Shown in pieces: positions 51,310-62,960 of a DNA stretch of 64,000 bases. Below the pieces are notes generated by a model. It was not told the origin of the DNA and did not search any database. It saw only the letters and a program-made list of their open reading frames with translations. Location: assembly GCA_963772725.1 (NCBI GenBank), contig CAVYYI010000003.1, positions 288,001 through 352,000 of the forward strand, in the 5' to 3' direction. The stretch comes from an uncultured Phycisphaerales bacterium (GTDB taxonomy: Bacteria; Planctomycetota; Phycisphaerae; Sedimentisphaerales; Anaerobacaceae). How positions within the stretch are numbered: the first letter of the stretch is position 1; each line of letters starts with the position of its first letter. Both the position numbers and the translations under genes were made by a program.

Positions 51310-52451
51310 ACTCTTGTCCTCATACCTGTAATATCTTTATAAAATCGTTTTAATTCTTGTTGGTTTTTCTCGGCATTCCACTGTAATTCCATTTCTTTGC
51401 GCCCATTCCTGCCCATAGATATAGCCATAGGCATGTTATCAAGCAAAAATTCTATCGCCTTTGCCAAACCAGTAGGATCACCCGGCTTAATAAAAAATGC
51501 AGTCTCCAATTCCTTTAGGAAAAGCCTTTCCGGCGGCAAATCCGAACTAATCACAGGCATTCCGCACGCCATATATTCAAAGGCTTTGCATGCAATATTT
51601 TTGTGAAACTTTGGTAAATCCAGCAATAAAACCAATCCTATCTTAGCTTGTGTTAAAATACCTGGTACATCCTTGTAAGGTACAACTCCAGTAATTGTTA
51701 CATCATTCTGCCAGCCGGTTTCTTCAAGCATCTTTTTAAATACTGGTTCATCAGTATGGTCAACCTGACCGATTAAAAGTGTCTTTATTTTACGGCAACT
51801 TTTTGAGAGTATCTTCATTGCTTCAATTAGAACAAGAATACCAGACCTTTGTGACATTCCGCCCAGCAGAACAATATCGTACGGTCTTGAATCAAGCGGG
51901 AGATAATTCTTTTGAAACTGGCTTAGTAAAGGAACATTATAAAAAATCATCTTGCGATTTTTGGGCATTGCTTTGTGAATCTCAAGAATAGCGGGGTCTG
52001 AAGCAATCAAACCATCAAATATTCGCATCGCGAGCGATTCTAATACTAATGTGCAAAACGCCAATATCCTGCGAAACCATGCCGGCAGCCAGACTTTGCT
52101 GCTAAGCATGCTCTCGTACATATCTTCCCTGCAATCATAAACAACTTTGATTCTTGTGAGCAGTTTCAGCAGCAATCCCAAAGGAAGAAGCTCTATCGAA
52201 CAAACCTGTAATATATCCGGACGTAACCTTAACAGCCGCAGAAATAGATTTAATCCGCCCGTAAATCTTGCCCTCTTTCGCTGTCTTACCGTTAAAGGAT
52301 AAAACTCAAATAAATCTGTAACCTTGTTTCCAGGGTCACCTGCCATAAATACAACTTTATGTCCATCTTCTGCCAGAGCTGGTGCTTGTTTATAGAAATG
52401 TCTCTGGTCCCACCATGGTTGAGCCGTAACAAGTATACAAATCTTAGCCAT
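51294..52451 (-). CDS. Glycosyltransferase family 4
   Basis: VVYDCRE, KAFEYMACGMPVISSD. Confidence 0.88.
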   Translation of the reverse strand: MAKICILVTAQPWWDQRHFYKQAPALAEDGHKVVFMAGDPGNKVTDLFEFYPLTVRQRKRARFTGGLNLFLRLLRLRPDILQVCSIELLPLGLLLKLLTRIKVVYDCREDMYESMLSSKVWLPAWFRRILAFCTLVLESLAMRIFDGLIASDPAILEIHKAMPKNRKMIFYNVPLLSQFQKNYLPLDSRPYDIVLLGGMSQRSGILVLIEAMKILSKSCRKIKTLLIGQVDHTDEPVFKKMLEETGWQNDVTITGVVPYKDVPGILTQAKIGLVLLLDLPKFHKNIACKAFEYMACGMPVISSDLPPERLFLKELETAFFIKPGDPTGLAKAIEFLLDNMPMAISMGRNGRKEMELQWNAEKNQQELKRFYKDITGMRTRVWFRR

Positions 52452-52491
52452 CTTTTATTATTTACAATTTCTCCATTTACACATTTAAACT

Positions 52492-53364
52492 TTATATGCT
52501 TTTAAAGGAAATCAAATCTATTTTTTGTACTTTAATTGCAGCTAAAATTTCTGGATCCGATGCCAGCTCTCTTTCGATTTGCCTGATTTTGGCAAACGCC
52601 GGCGAATCCGCCACATCAGGGTCAGGATAACCGGGGTGCAGAACAAGCTCCGAAACACCATCAGGCAATGCTTCTATGCAAGCCAAAAACCGTTTCTTCG
52701 GGTCATTTATATAAGGAATGTATAACGATGGCTCAATCAGGCGGTCTGGTGTACGCAAATCTTTCCGGCGCAAAGAATAATGAATCCAATTTCGCATAAG
52801 CAAATTCGGCAACACGGTAAAATTACACCACATCCATTTGAATTTTGCAGCAAGCTTTGGATTTGCGGCAAGACGGTAAAAACCTTTATGACTGCGAGCT
52901 GCGGTAATACCAAATTGTTTTGCCAGTTTTATTGCGGCTTCTCTTGCAATCGGCCTTTTGTGTACTCCATGATGGCTGTCAAAATGCGTAAGCTGAACAC
53001 CTAAATCCAAAGCTCGCTTTATTTGTGCTTCAAATTCGCATTCAACCTGCTTAAATATTTCCTGACCGTGCCAAAGATTGCGGCATTGAACAATACTACC
53101 ATGAAATTTACCTTCATTATCAACCAGGCCTGGAACTTTGCCAGGTTCTGAAATTGGTCTCCCCTCCGTCAAATTGAGATGTATGCCGACACCCAGCTCT
53201 GGGTGTTTTTTGGCGCACAAACAGGCGTATTCAGCTGCCGGCATATTGGACATTAACGTCGTACTTGTAATAATGCCGTTAGTATGACTGTCTATAATCC
53301 CGTCTGTCAGCCGTTTTCCAAAACCAAAATCATCGGCATTTACTATCAGTTTTTTAGTACTCAT
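52492..53364 (-). CDS. ChbG/YdjC/HpnK-family carbohydrate deacetylase
   Basis: IVNADDFG, GIHLNL, THFDSHHGVH, ELVLHPG. Confidence 0.92.
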   Translation of the reverse strand: MSTKKLIVNADDFGFGKRLTDGIIDSHTNGIITSTTLMSNMPAAEYACLCAKKHPELGVGIHLNLTEGRPISEPGKVPGLVDNEGKFHGSIVQCRNLWHGQEIFKQVECEFEAQIKRALDLGVQLTHFDSHHGVHKRPIAREAAIKLAKQFGITAARSHKGFYRLAANPKLAAKFKWMWCNFTVLPNLLMRNWIHYSLRRKDLRTPDRLIEPSLYIPYINDPKKRFLACIEALPDGVSELVLHPGYPDPDVADSPAFAKIRQIERELASDPEILAAIKVQKIDLISFKSI

Positions 53365-54732
53365 TCAAATTCTCCAAAGACTGCGCCGGCAAATTGTCAG
53401 TATTAAAATCAGCTTCATATATAAGGGATTTTTCGTCTTTTATACCATCCGCAGTTAACTGCTGATGTTCCGCTTTGAGAGTAGATATAACCGCAAATGT
53501 TATGCCAGCCAATAAATAAACCTGTCTGGCGCCGGAAATATCCGGGTCAATCATAGCTTGAATATACATAAATAACATACATGAAAAGGGTACAGCTACG
53601 AGAAGTTTTTCGTGAGCATCGTATAAGTCTCGTATAAAAATCCACCCCTTTATCGCCAGAGTCGTCAGCAAACCGACAAGACATGCTGTCGCAAAGAATC
53701 CCAGTTCATAAAATGCCTCAATAATAATATTATGAGGCCAGACAGGGATGTCTGTGTTGAACTTGTCCACAGCAAAACTGCCAACACCATGCCCAAATGG
53801 CATGCTTTCAGGCGCACGTTCAAGAGCCCATTTCCACAAATATGTTCTCGATTCAGACATTTGTTCGCCAAATTGAACCTGTGTCAATTTAGTAATATTG
53901 GCAGGCACTTTTTCCGGAAAGAATATTATCAAAAAAATTAACATCCCGATAAAGATACTGCCTATTATTACTGTAATAGCAAATTTGAATCGCAGCTGCA
54001 GAATAAAAGACAGTAAAAAAATAAGTATTATTACTCCCAAAATTGATGCCCGTGAACCAGCCATAATCAACGCCAGTGAACAAACAGGCAAAGACATTAT
54101 TGCTATCGCTTTCCAAAACCTGCTCAAATTTGTTTTGAGCAGCAACAGCGATAAACTCGTCAGTAAACCCCAGCTTGCTATCTCGCCAAGCAATTGAGGT
54201 GAACCTCCAAGGAAAGTGGCTCGGGTAAAACCTTTAAAATAAAACGCCTCATGCACTCAGTTTGGGGTTTTATAATAGACACGGAACAAGCTATTATTGC
54301 CGTAATAAGAATTATATTGATGACTCCTGCGGCATTTTTCGAGTTCCTTATAAGAAAAAATGGTATTAAAAAATAAGGTATTCCAATGAATGTGAAATAT
54401 AGAGTCTTCTGTAAGCCATAATTAGGTGCTGTCGTCCAGGCTAAGCTAAATGCCATACTAAATGATATACCCAAAAACATTACCAGCACACTAACTGGGA
54501 AATAACGCTTATACTCGCTCTGTGGACTTTTAATCCAGTTCCACAATGCCGCAACAGCCGCCACTAAACAAACAAGCAATGTATAATCTACCGTGCGGAA
54601 AAATGGCATTTCATACATTACCCAGAATTTAACTGTTGCTGTCGTCATCAAAAAAAACAGTACAGTTTGAGGACGATAAAGCATAATACCCGCGAGAAAA
54701 ACAACTATTAAAACTGCCAAGATGGTATTCAT
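53354..54732 (-). CDS. O-antigen polymerase/ligase (Wzy_C) family; frameshift near 54250
   Basis: Polytopic; GSRAS, R..LW, FGHGVG, PHNIIIEAFYELG. Confidence 0.82.
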
Positions 54733-54789
54733 TAAGATTGTCCCTCAAACTCATACATAGCGTTTTTCAAATATTGCCTACAAAACATT

Positions 54790-55623
54790 TTACTTTATCC
54801 CTCTTATCATAAGCATGCTTCGCCGCCATAGCCCCCTGACAGCATACCCAAAATCGAGTCGCACAAGATGCCAGAATGTCTTGTGCAGCAAACATATTAT
54901 TGTCAAAAGACTGACAGGCCATCTCCCGCAAACTTTTGTTATATATCGATTTCGAATATTTTGAGTCTCTTGTTTACAAGTTTTCTGCAGTGTTTCGGTT
55001 TTTTGCGCAGGATGTGTGCGGAAACAAACAAAATCCTTTGGTATATGTTTAACTCTTATGTATTGTCCAATCCTGCAGAAGAATTCATAGTCCATGGCAA
55101 AATGAAAACTTTCATCAAGATAACCATACTTTTCAAAAAGTGCTTGTTTCCAAAACGCCGCCGGCTGTGGTAATACTACACCAAGCAGTATTTGAGATGG
55201 CCACCAGTATGGTGTGTTGCGGGTGCGTCTGAGAACCCTATCATTCACATCGACCAGCAAAGAGTTACCAAATACAACATCCAGCGATGGTTTTTTCAAA
55301 AATGTTTTTCCTACTATCTCAAACGTCTGCTGTACGTACATATCATCGCTATTAAGCCAAGCAACTATTTCTCCTGTCGCATGACGGAAACCCTTATTCA
55401 AAGCATCTGTTTGCCCCCCGTCTTTTTCGCTGACCCAGTACGAAAGTTTATCTGAATATTTTTGGATTATTTCCACCGAACCGTCCGTACTGCCGCCGTC
55501 AATGATAATGTATTCAAGATTAGGGTATTTCTGGTCCAGTACCGACCGGATAGTGCGCTCAAGAAACTTGGCTTGATTATACGAAGGAGTTACAATCGAT
55601 ATCTTGGGATTTTCCTGTTTCAT
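54790..55623 (-). CDS. Glycosyltransferase family 2
   Basis: ISIVTPSYNQ, IDGGSTDGS, WLNSDD, MDYE. Confidence 0.93.
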   Translation of the reverse strand: MKQENPKISIVTPSYNQAKFLERTIRSVLDQKYPNLEYIIIDGGSTDGSVEIIQKYSDKLSYWVSEKDGGQTDALNKGFRHATGEIVAWLNSDDMYVQQTFEIVGKTFLKKPSLDVVFGNSLLVDVNDRVLRRTRNTPYWWPSQILLGVVLPQPAAFWKQALFEKYGYLDESFHFAMDYEFFCRIGQYIRVKHIPKDFVCFRTHPAQKTETLQKTCKQETQNIRNRYITKVCGRWPVSLLTIICLLHKTFWHLVRLDFGYAVRGLWRRSMLMIRGIK

Positions 55624-55655
55624 TTTCTGTCTTTGTGTATCTCTCTGATAATTAT

Positions 55656-56618
55656 TTATGAACGATGCATCTCCACAATGATAGCTTCACCGGTTCCTGA
55701 TATGCACTGTTTCCAGCTTTCAACAATTGCTGATATTTTATCATATGAGTTATAACTGCGGTCAAATTGCTTGTTCTTTTCTCCTCGCTCCGGATAGAAA
55801 GCAATCATATTCTTTTGTTTCATCACCCACCCAAAAGGGGTACAAAATACGCAGCGAGTAATACTAAATCCCTCGATTTGTGCCAGATACTTTAAGCTCT
55901 TCTGGTTATAATAAAAACGATGATAGGGAATATGCCAATTAAGCCAGTTACGCCCCGCACGTTTTCGCCAAGGTGCGTCATAATTGGGAATACTGAATAT
56001 CAATTGTCCGTCCATTTTCAATGCCCTTGCACATGCTCTAAGAAAAGGTCTGGGTTTGATAATGTGTTCAAGAACCTGTGAGCCGATTATCACATCAAAC
56101 CTACAATCATCAGAAGCAACTATATCTTCAATGGTTCCATGTATGCAGGTTAAGCCGCGTGCCCGTATTTTTTCACACATCCTATAGTCAATTTCTAAGC
56201 CGGTCCATCGCAAGCCTCGATTGATATAATCTTCCGCTTGGCTGGCTGGTCCACAACCTATTTCTAATACGCTTTTGCCCGGTGAAATCAATCTGCCAAT
56301 ATTTATTCTGCTTGGATAATCAAGTATCTGGCGGAGTATCTTTATAGAATATAAAATTGCTCGATTTTTTATCTTGGCCAATTGCTGTGATGATTGACTT
56401 GAATCTTCTCTCCAGTAATATTTATCGTACAATTTGGGCAATTCTTCCGCGCAAATCAACTGTTTCAAAAAACCTAACCCGCACACTTGACATTCTACTA
56501 CATCAAACTCATCCGGTTGGCCAAAGCGGTCATCATAGCCTGTCATAATATATTTAAGATTGTCGCTGCCGCAGATGGGACAATTGCTCAACTCTTCAAC
56601 TTCAAATTCTCTATTCAT
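55656..56618 (-). CDS. Class I SAM methyltransferase with N-terminal Zn-ribbon
   Basis: CPICG...CQVCG; VLEIGCG; QVLEHI; HIPYH. Confidence 0.87.
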   Translation of the reverse strand: MNREFEVEELSNCPICGSDNLKYIMTGYDDRFGQPDEFDVVECQVCGLGFLKQLICAEELPKLYDKYYWREDSSQSSQQLAKIKNRAILYSIKILRQILDYPSRINIGRLISPGKSVLEIGCGPASQAEDYINRGLRWTGLEIDYRMCEKIRARGLTCIHGTIEDIVASDDCRFDVIIGSQVLEHIIKPRPFLRACARALKMDGQLIFSIPNYDAPWRKRAGRNWLNWHIPYHRFYYNQKSLKYLAQIEGFSITRCVFCTPFGWVMKQKNMIAFYPERGEKNKQFDRSYNSYDKISAIVESWKQCISGTGEAIIVEMHRS

Positions 56619-56633
56619 TTGATGATAATCTTC

Positions 56634-57773
56634 CTAATTGAGACGAGCTCCAATTTTATCAATAATATGGAGGAATCCCTTCTCGAAGTCTAAATGTTCA
56701 AAATAGAACTGATATGCATTATCGCTAAATACCTGACGATTTTCCATGATATGTTCAGCACATTTACCAATCTCATATTCTGAATCCGCGGCAAGTCCTA
56801 CACTGTAAAGAGTTATTAACTTTTTGAGGTCAGACAAATAAGAAGGCACAATAACAGGGAGTCCGCATCGTAAGAAGGCCGCGAATTTCCCGGATGATAA
56901 GCCTATTTCCTGAACATTAATGGTCAATCCTTTTTTGTACCATGCGAGCCCTATATCTGCGGAAGACACAAGATTCATATAATCATCGGTAGAAAGACAA
57001 TCTAACGAAAGGCAGACCTTCATCTGTATCTTGTTAATATCTTTCACCATATTCTGTATCTTTTCTATATATCCGTCCCGGCTCCAACCATGCAAAACCA
57101 AAACGAGGTTACTATTCCAGCTGCTGGCAGCCTTTATGAGGTTATCATCTATTGCCCACTCTTCTATTCCGCCAGTGAAAAGAACTATTACCCTGTCATT
57201 AGGTATGCTGAACTTGTCTCTTAAATACCTCGATTTTTTTCTTACAACTCCAATGTAGGAATTAGGGACGCAATACACACGCTCCGGCTCCAAACCGTGA
57301 ACTTTTTGAATCAAGGTCTTTCTGCTTTCATCCTGCACTATTGTAAAGTCTATCCGCCTGTTCAGGGCTGATACAACATATTTTATTATCCAGGCTTTTA
57401 CGGTCTTTATCTCGTCATCAGCGCTTATCTCCAGGCAGAAATAAATACAAGGTATTCTAAATACTTTGCTTAAAATCGCTGAAACAATTAATCCAGTTTG
57501 TGTAAAAGGAATCAAAAGGGCATACTCTGAAACTTTAGCGGCCAATGTACGGAAGATACTCTTGGCAGCACCTTTACAAGGCTTAAACCGTAAAATACGC
57601 AATTGTTCTATATCACAGTCAGCCTCTATAGACTCCGGCAAAAAGAGGTCCACGTCATATCCAGCCTGAATTAGCAGCGTAGCCGTATTACATACTGATG
57701 GAAATGTGCTTAAATTGCGGTCAGAGTAAAGAAGAAGGGCAATTCTGTGTTTTATTCTATTTCCTTTTTCCAT
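56634..57773 (-). CDS. Glycosyltransferase (GT4-like)
   Basis: VPNS, VLFTGG, SADIG, SSGKFAAFLRCGLPVI. Confidence 0.75.
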   Translation of the reverse strand: MEKGNRIKHRIALLLYSDRNLSTFPSVCNTATLLIQAGYDVDLFLPESIEADCDIEQLRILRFKPCKGAAKSIFRTLAAKVSEYALLIPFTQTGLIVSAILSKVFRIPCIYFCLEISADDEIKTVKAWIIKYVVSALNRRIDFTIVQDESRKTLIQKVHGLEPERVYCVPNSYIGVVRKKSRYLRDKFSIPNDRVIVLFTGGIEEWAIDDNLIKAASSWNSNLVLVLHGWSRDGYIEKIQNMVKDINKIQMKVCLSLDCLSTDDYMNLVSSADIGLAWYKKGLTINVQEIGLSSGKFAAFLRCGLPVIVPSYLSDLKKLITLYSVGLAADSEYEIGKCAEHIMENRQVFSDNAYQFYFEHLDFEKGFLHIIDKIGARLN

Positions 57774-57797
57774 GGGCTGATTATCTCAATATTGTTT

Positions 57798-59333
57798 TTA
57801 TACTATTTTTCTATATGTTCTTAAACTATGTATGACTTTACTCAAAATGTCTCTTGGTATCTTGAAGATATGAAAACACAAACACAAGACTAAAGAAAGA
57901 ACTGCGGATATGATTACAAAAAAAGCCAATCCAACAAAACCTGCGTTTACATATAAGGGTACTACAGCACCAATAACTGCTCCAACTGCAACTACTGCAA
58001 AACCTCTGATAATCAGCCACCATATCTCAAGTTGACTAACCTTCAGGGATTTAATAATTATACTAAAATATATCGGAAAAGGAATAATGCCAAAAATCAA
58101 ACTTGAGGCTGTTCCTGTAATTCCGTACCGCTTAGTTAAAAATATACATCCTGCCAGGTATAGCACCACTCCTATCCCTGTGCTGATTAAATTGAATTTA
58201 GGTTTGCCGAGAGCATTATAAAAATGATATGGCACTACCCCAATCCCGGAAAAGTAAAACAGCGAAGCCATTATGGGTATGATATAAGGAATATGGGAAT
58301 AAAAGTCATGCCCCATAACCGCTATCAGTAGAAAATTACCTGCCGCTGATATATTAAATGCCAGCAATGCCGAGGTAGCGACGGCATATTTCATGCTTTT
58401 TGAAAAATAAAATCCCATCCGGTCTTGTTCAGTTAAAAGGACGTTACTAATATGAGGAAAAAGAAAATCGAATATCAGGCTGTTTATTGTCATCACCATA
58501 CTTGCAATCAAAAATCCCAGTGAATAATACCCGATATAAGATGCCCCTAAAATGTTACCTACAATAAATTTATCTATCCTGAAATAAGCCATGCCTAACA
58601 GGTTATTTACACCAATAAAGAAAGAAAAACCGACAATCATCCGAACTATTCCAAAGTCAAAATAATTCACATTTCTGTCCATATAAAAGATAGCAGAAAC
58701 TTTACGCGCCATTATAAAATATGCCGCCATTGTGCCAATATTGGCCAAGACAGTAATCCACACCATAGCAGTCAGGCCATACCCTGCAAAAAGAAATATG
58801 AGTATTACCGTATACATCACGATAATCTTGGTAATATTGACAATATTAGTCAGGTCGTATCGCAGGTATGCCTTTAACACTCCTATCAGCGAACTGTTGA
58901 CCATTCCAAATATAAAACCCATAGAGGCTATTTTGACAGCTCTTATTGCCAGCTCAACCGTGGAGGCATCCGGTTTAACAAATGTTTTTACCAGGAATTC
59001 CGCTCCAAAAAACATGATTGCCGAGCCTATTAATCCCGTAATAATAAGCCACGAGAGCCCCATAATCAGAGTTTTATTGGCGAGATTGGTATCGGTATCT
59101 TTATATTGAGACAAAAATTTAACTATTGCGGCAGAGAAACCGAAATCAAGTATCGATGTGAATCCTATAAGCGCAACTATGAATGAGTAAACCCCATACG
59201 AATCGACTCCGAGTTTATCGACAAGTATTGGTGCCGCTATGAATCCTGCAATCAAAGATGCTGCAAAACCGGCTATATTATACGATGCTGTTTTGGTTGC
59301 GATCTTACGCATCTGTATTTGGAAACCTTTCAC
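57798..59333 (-). CDS. wzx: Polysaccharide flippase Wzx
   Basis: About 14 TM helices; LGVDSYG, LDFGF, RIDKFIVG...GYYS. Confidence 0.88.
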   Translation of the reverse strand: MKGFQIQMRKIATKTASYNIAGFAASLIAGFIAAPILVDKLGVDSYGVYSFIVALIGFTSILDFGFSAAIVKFLSQYKDTDTNLANKTLIMGLSWLIITGLIGSAIMFFGAEFLVKTFVKPDASTVELAIRAVKIASMGFIFGMVNSSLIGVLKAYLRYDLTNIVNITKIIVMYTVILIFLFAGYGLTAMVWITVLANIGTMAAYFIMARKVSAIFYMDRNVNYFDFGIVRMIVGFSFFIGVNNLLGMAYFRIDKFIVGNILGASYIGYYSLGFLIASMVMTINSLIFDFLFPHISNVLLTEQDRMGFYFSKSMKYAVATSALLAFNISAAGNFLLIAVMGHDFYSHIPYIIPIMASLFYFSGIGVVPYHFYNALGKPKFNLISTGIGVVLYLAGCIFLTKRYGITGTASSLIFGIIPFPIYFSIIIKSLKVSQLEIWWLIIRGFAVVAVGAVIGAVVPLYVNAGFVGLAFFVIISAVLSLVLCLCFHIFKIPRDILSKVIHSLRTYRKIV

Positions 59334-59988
59334 GAACTTTGCTGGCCGGCTGACCCGAAATATATGAATTATCAGGAAAAGTCCCCATAACCAGAGACTT
59401 ACTTACCACAAAAGAATTTTTACCTATATGGACACCTGGCATAACAATGCAGTCTAAACCTATCCAGACATTATCTTCTAAGCAAACCGGCGATTCTATA
59501 AATGGTGCCTGAGCATATGGCATAATGGAAATGATTTTACTTCTATCTTCTGGGTCATAGGGAAGGTTGCTAAGCGAATAAACCTTTGTCCCGGCGCTTA
59601 GCGTACAATTGTCCCCGATACAAATACCGCCGTAGGCCATAATGACACAAAATTGTACAATATGTATATTGCTTCCTATGACTAATTCACCCCTGTCATA
59701 TTTATAAGCTGTGTTTTGTTTTTTTTCTGTCTTACCAATGCTGATGGGACCGGCATTTATAATACAATATTTATCGATAACAACATTATCACCCACACTT
59801 ATGTGTTCTGCCCCTTCAATAATAACTCCCTCGCGTATCGTTACGTTTTTCCCGCAGGATTTAAATCTTCTCTTGTAAAATTGATACCTTAACCATTTCC
59901 CGCCATTACCCGGTAAATATATCAAAGGTAATAGTAACATACTTTTCGACAGTAAAATGGGCGACTTGAAAAACGTTATAAGTTTCAT
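59305..59988 (-). CDS. Hexapeptide-repeat acyltransferase
   Basis: Left-handed beta-helix repeats, DNVWIG, PGVHIG, ISGQPA. Confidence 0.88.
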   Translation of the reverse strand: MKLITFFKSPILLSKSMLLLPLIYLPGNGGKWLRYQFYKRRFKSCGKNVTIREGVIIEGAEHISVGDNVVIDKYCIINAGPISIGKTEKKQNTAYKYDRGELVIGSNIHIVQFCVIMAYGGICIGDNCTLSAGTKVYSLSNLPYDPEDRSKIISIMPYAQAPFIESPVCLEDNVWIGLDCIVMPGVHIGKNSFVVSKSLVMGTFPDNSYISGQPASKVRERFPNTDA

Positions 59989-61106
59989 AGAACTTTTGTT
60001 ACAGCTTTTACTACGTTCTCAATATCTTCATGATTAAGGGTAAGTCCTGTCGGCAGGTAAAAACCGTATTTATAGATTTCCTCGCTGACAGGCAAAGTCT
60101 CTTTCCGGTACCATCCGAATTTTTCAAAGGCCGGCTGTTTATGAAGAGGGTAAAAGAAGGGACGGGTTTGAACACCTAAATCTGACATTTTTTTCATAAC
60201 CATTTCCGCATCCATACCGCTCTTAGGGTTCAATACCATTCCGTACATCCAATAGCTGTTCTTTGCCCATTTTTTTTCTACAGGAAGCTGAACAATGCCT
60301 TTTTCCTGTAGAGGCCTTAACAATTCATTATATGTCTCACCAATCCATACCTTCTTTTTAACATGTTCCTCTATTCTTTCAAGCTGCGCTAAGCCTATTG
60401 CCGCCTGTACATTGGTCATCCTGAAATTGAAACCCAACTCATAATGAATAAACCTTTTTTCTGGAATAAAGGCTAAATTCTTCAATCGTCTTAGTTTTTC
60501 AGAAAGGTCGTTATTATTAGTCAGACACATTCCACCCTCACCGGTAGTAACAACTTTGTTTGCATAAAAACTTGCGCAGCTTATATCTCCAAATCCGCCG
60601 CATTTCTTACCCTTATATTCAGAACCGATGGCTTCCGCAAAATCTTCAATAATATAAAGATAGTGTTTTTTTGCAATTGCGGCAATCGCGTCCATGTCAA
60701 CAGGATGACCATAGATATGAACAGGCATAATTGCTTTTGTTTTATGTGTTATTTTTTCTTCTATTTTAGACACATCTATGTTCCAGGTCTCTTTTTCAGA
60801 ATCGACAAAAACCGGCGTCAGATTATTGTAGATACAGGCCAAAGCGCAGGAGATGATTGTAAATGAAGGAAGAATTACTTCGCTGCCTTCATGTAAATTC
60901 AATGCCCGCATTGCAAGAATTAGTGCATTAGTGCCGTTATTTACACTTATTCCTTCGGTTTGGCCTAAATATGCGGCGAATTGCTCTTCAAATTTTTGAA
61001 TGAATTTTCCTTCTGAGGAAATCCACCCTGATTTCACCGCTTCCATTACATACTCGACCTCTTTATCGAGGACCAGCGGTTCGTTTACTGGTATCATTTT
61101 TTGCAT
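59985..61106 (-). CDS. DegT-family sugar aminotransferase (perosamine-synthase-like)
   Basis: SGWISSEG, VHIYGHP, EDFAEA, SFYANKVVTTGEGG with catalytic Lys. Confidence 0.9.
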   Translation of the reverse strand: MQKMIPVNEPLVLDKEVEYVMEAVKSGWISSEGKFIQKFEEQFAAYLGQTEGISVNNGTNALILAMRALNLHEGSEVILPSFTIISCALACIYNNLTPVFVDSEKETWNIDVSKIEEKITHKTKAIMPVHIYGHPVDMDAIAAIAKKHYLYIIEDFAEAIGSEYKGKKCGGFGDISCASFYANKVVTTGEGGMCLTNNNDLSEKLRRLKNLAFIPEKRFIHYELGFNFRMTNVQAAIGLAQLERIEEHVKKKVWIGETYNELLRPLQEKGIVQLPVEKKWAKNSYWMYGMVLNPKSGMDAEMVMKKMSDLGVQTRPFFYPLHKQPAFEKFGWYRKETLPVSEEIYKYGFYLPTGLTLNHEDIENVVKAVTKVL

Positions 61107-61537
61107 TCTATCCCTTCAAATCTCTGTTTATCATCTTTGCCAAGGAAAGGCCCTTGTTTTATTTCTATCATACACGAATCTTCTATAACCTCAAAACCGT
61201 GTCCGCCGCCGCAGAGCAATATGAAATCTCCGCATTCTATGACTTCAGAAAATACATGCTTCTTGTCCGAATCATAGAAGTTAACCTTAACTTTGCCTTT
61301 CTTTATAAAAAGAACTTCCTGCGTATAGAACACTTCTCTTTTACTATAGAGATGTATATGAGGTTTTATAATGGAATTCTTTTTGTGCGGCAGGTATCCA
61401 AGCTGTTGAGAAAAATTAACGGGTGTGAAGAAAGTTAATTCCTCACTTTCAAAGCCGGAACGAATTATAATACAATATAATTCGTTATTGTTGTAACAAA
61501 GCTCTAAACCTTTTTGTTTTATTTCTTTATTTACCAT
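61094..61537 (-). CDS. Cupin-fold protein
   Basis: PHIH, QEVL, GGHGF, EIKQGP. Confidence 0.75.
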   Translation of the reverse strand: MVNKEIKQKGLELCYNNNELYCIIIRSGFESEELTFFTPVNFSQQLGYLPHKKNSIIKPHIHLYSKREVFYTQEVLFIKKGKVKVNFYDSDKKHVFSEVIECGDFILLCGGGHGFEVIEDSCMIEIKQGPFLGKDDKQRFEGIECKK

Positions 61538-61830
61538 AGTCCTTTACCAAACATTCTTGATTATATTATATATTGTATTGCGTGCACACTGTTAAACAAG
61601 CAAAAATTTACAAATTTCGACAAAACATATTTTTCTCTTAAAAGCCAGCTAGTACAGGATGGCAATAACCTTTCGCTCCTATAGGGTTGCATTATTTATT
61701 AACGACATAAGCACACCAGAACTCATGTTACGACGCAATTGAGAGCCCAATGTCTCACACAAAATCTTTGATGACAAATGAAGGGTTCGCTACATTCAAA
61801 TCAATCCTCGTTATGTTCTTTCAGCAGTTT

Positions 61831-62924
61831 TTAACTCTCAGCTATAATTTTCACTATTCTCTCTGCGGCTTTACCGTCCCAGAATTTTGGCACTTTCGAT
61901 TTATAGCTGTCTCTGTTCGCCATTATCTCGCGATAATTTTTGAGAATATCTTCGCCGGTGATACGTACCAGGCGATTTGTCCCATCAGTAATCGTAACCG
62001 GTCTTTCCGTACTCTCACGCAGCGTCATACAGGGCACACCAAGTATCGTCGTTTCCTCCTGTATTCCGCCTGAATCCGTCAGCACCACGGCAGCATCGCC
62101 CGTCAGCCGCAAAAAGTCAAGATATCCCAGCGGCTCAAGCAATATCAGATTCTTCATCGCGTTAACTCGTTTTTCCATCTCCGTGCCTTTTATGTTATTC
62201 CGCGTTCGAGGGTGAATCGGGAAAACCAGTTTTATCTCTTTTTCGATCTTTTCAAACGCTGAAAGAATCTGCCCGAATTTCTCCATATTATCCACGTTAC
62301 TTGGCCTATGCAGCGTAATCACACCGTACTTCCTAGGTAAAAGTCCCAGCCGAACCAGTATATCCGACTTCTCGCTTTTTGCAGATTTGCCATCAGCGTA
62401 TCTATCATCACATTCCCGACAAAATGCACCTTATCAGAGTCAATGCCCTCTTTTTTCAGATTATCAATACCAGATTGCTCGGTAACAAAAAGCAAATCGC
62501 TGATACTGTCTGTCAGCAGCCGGTTGATTTCTTCCGGCATCGCACGGTCAAAACTGCGCAGTCCCGCCTCAACGTGTATAAGCTTAACGCCGAGTTTAAC
62601 CGCGACCAAACCGCAGGCAATCGTACTATTCACGTCGCCGACCACCAGGACATAATCAGGCTTAAAATCCAGTACCACCGGCTCAAATTTTTTCATTATC
62701 TCCGCCGTCTGAACAGCGTGACTGCCCGAACCAACCTCAAGATTTATATCCGGCTTTGGTATTCCAAGTTCATCAAAAAAAAGTTTGCTCATTTTTTCAT
62801 CATAATGTTGACCCGTATGAACCAGCAATGGCTGAAAACTTCCATTCAACTTAAAGGTTTTCATCAACGGCGCTATTTTCATAAAATTGGGTCTGGCTCC
62901 GCACACACAAATAATTTTTATCAT
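61831..62924 (-). CDS. wecB: UDP-GlcNAc 2-epimerase (non-hydrolysing); frameshifted near 62330-62380
   Basis: GARPNFMK, HTGQHYD, GDVNST, HVEAGLRS, TLHRPSNVD, TDSGGIQEE, WDGKAA. Confidence 0.92.
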
Positions 62925-62960
62925 AGTATTTTCCTTTGTAATCTTGCGGGTTTTACATCT

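Noticed and set aside
61540..61830. JUMPStart/ops element or small gene within the polysaccharide locus
   Set aside because: No GGCGGTAG-type motif and no convincing ORF; only a possible internal promoter
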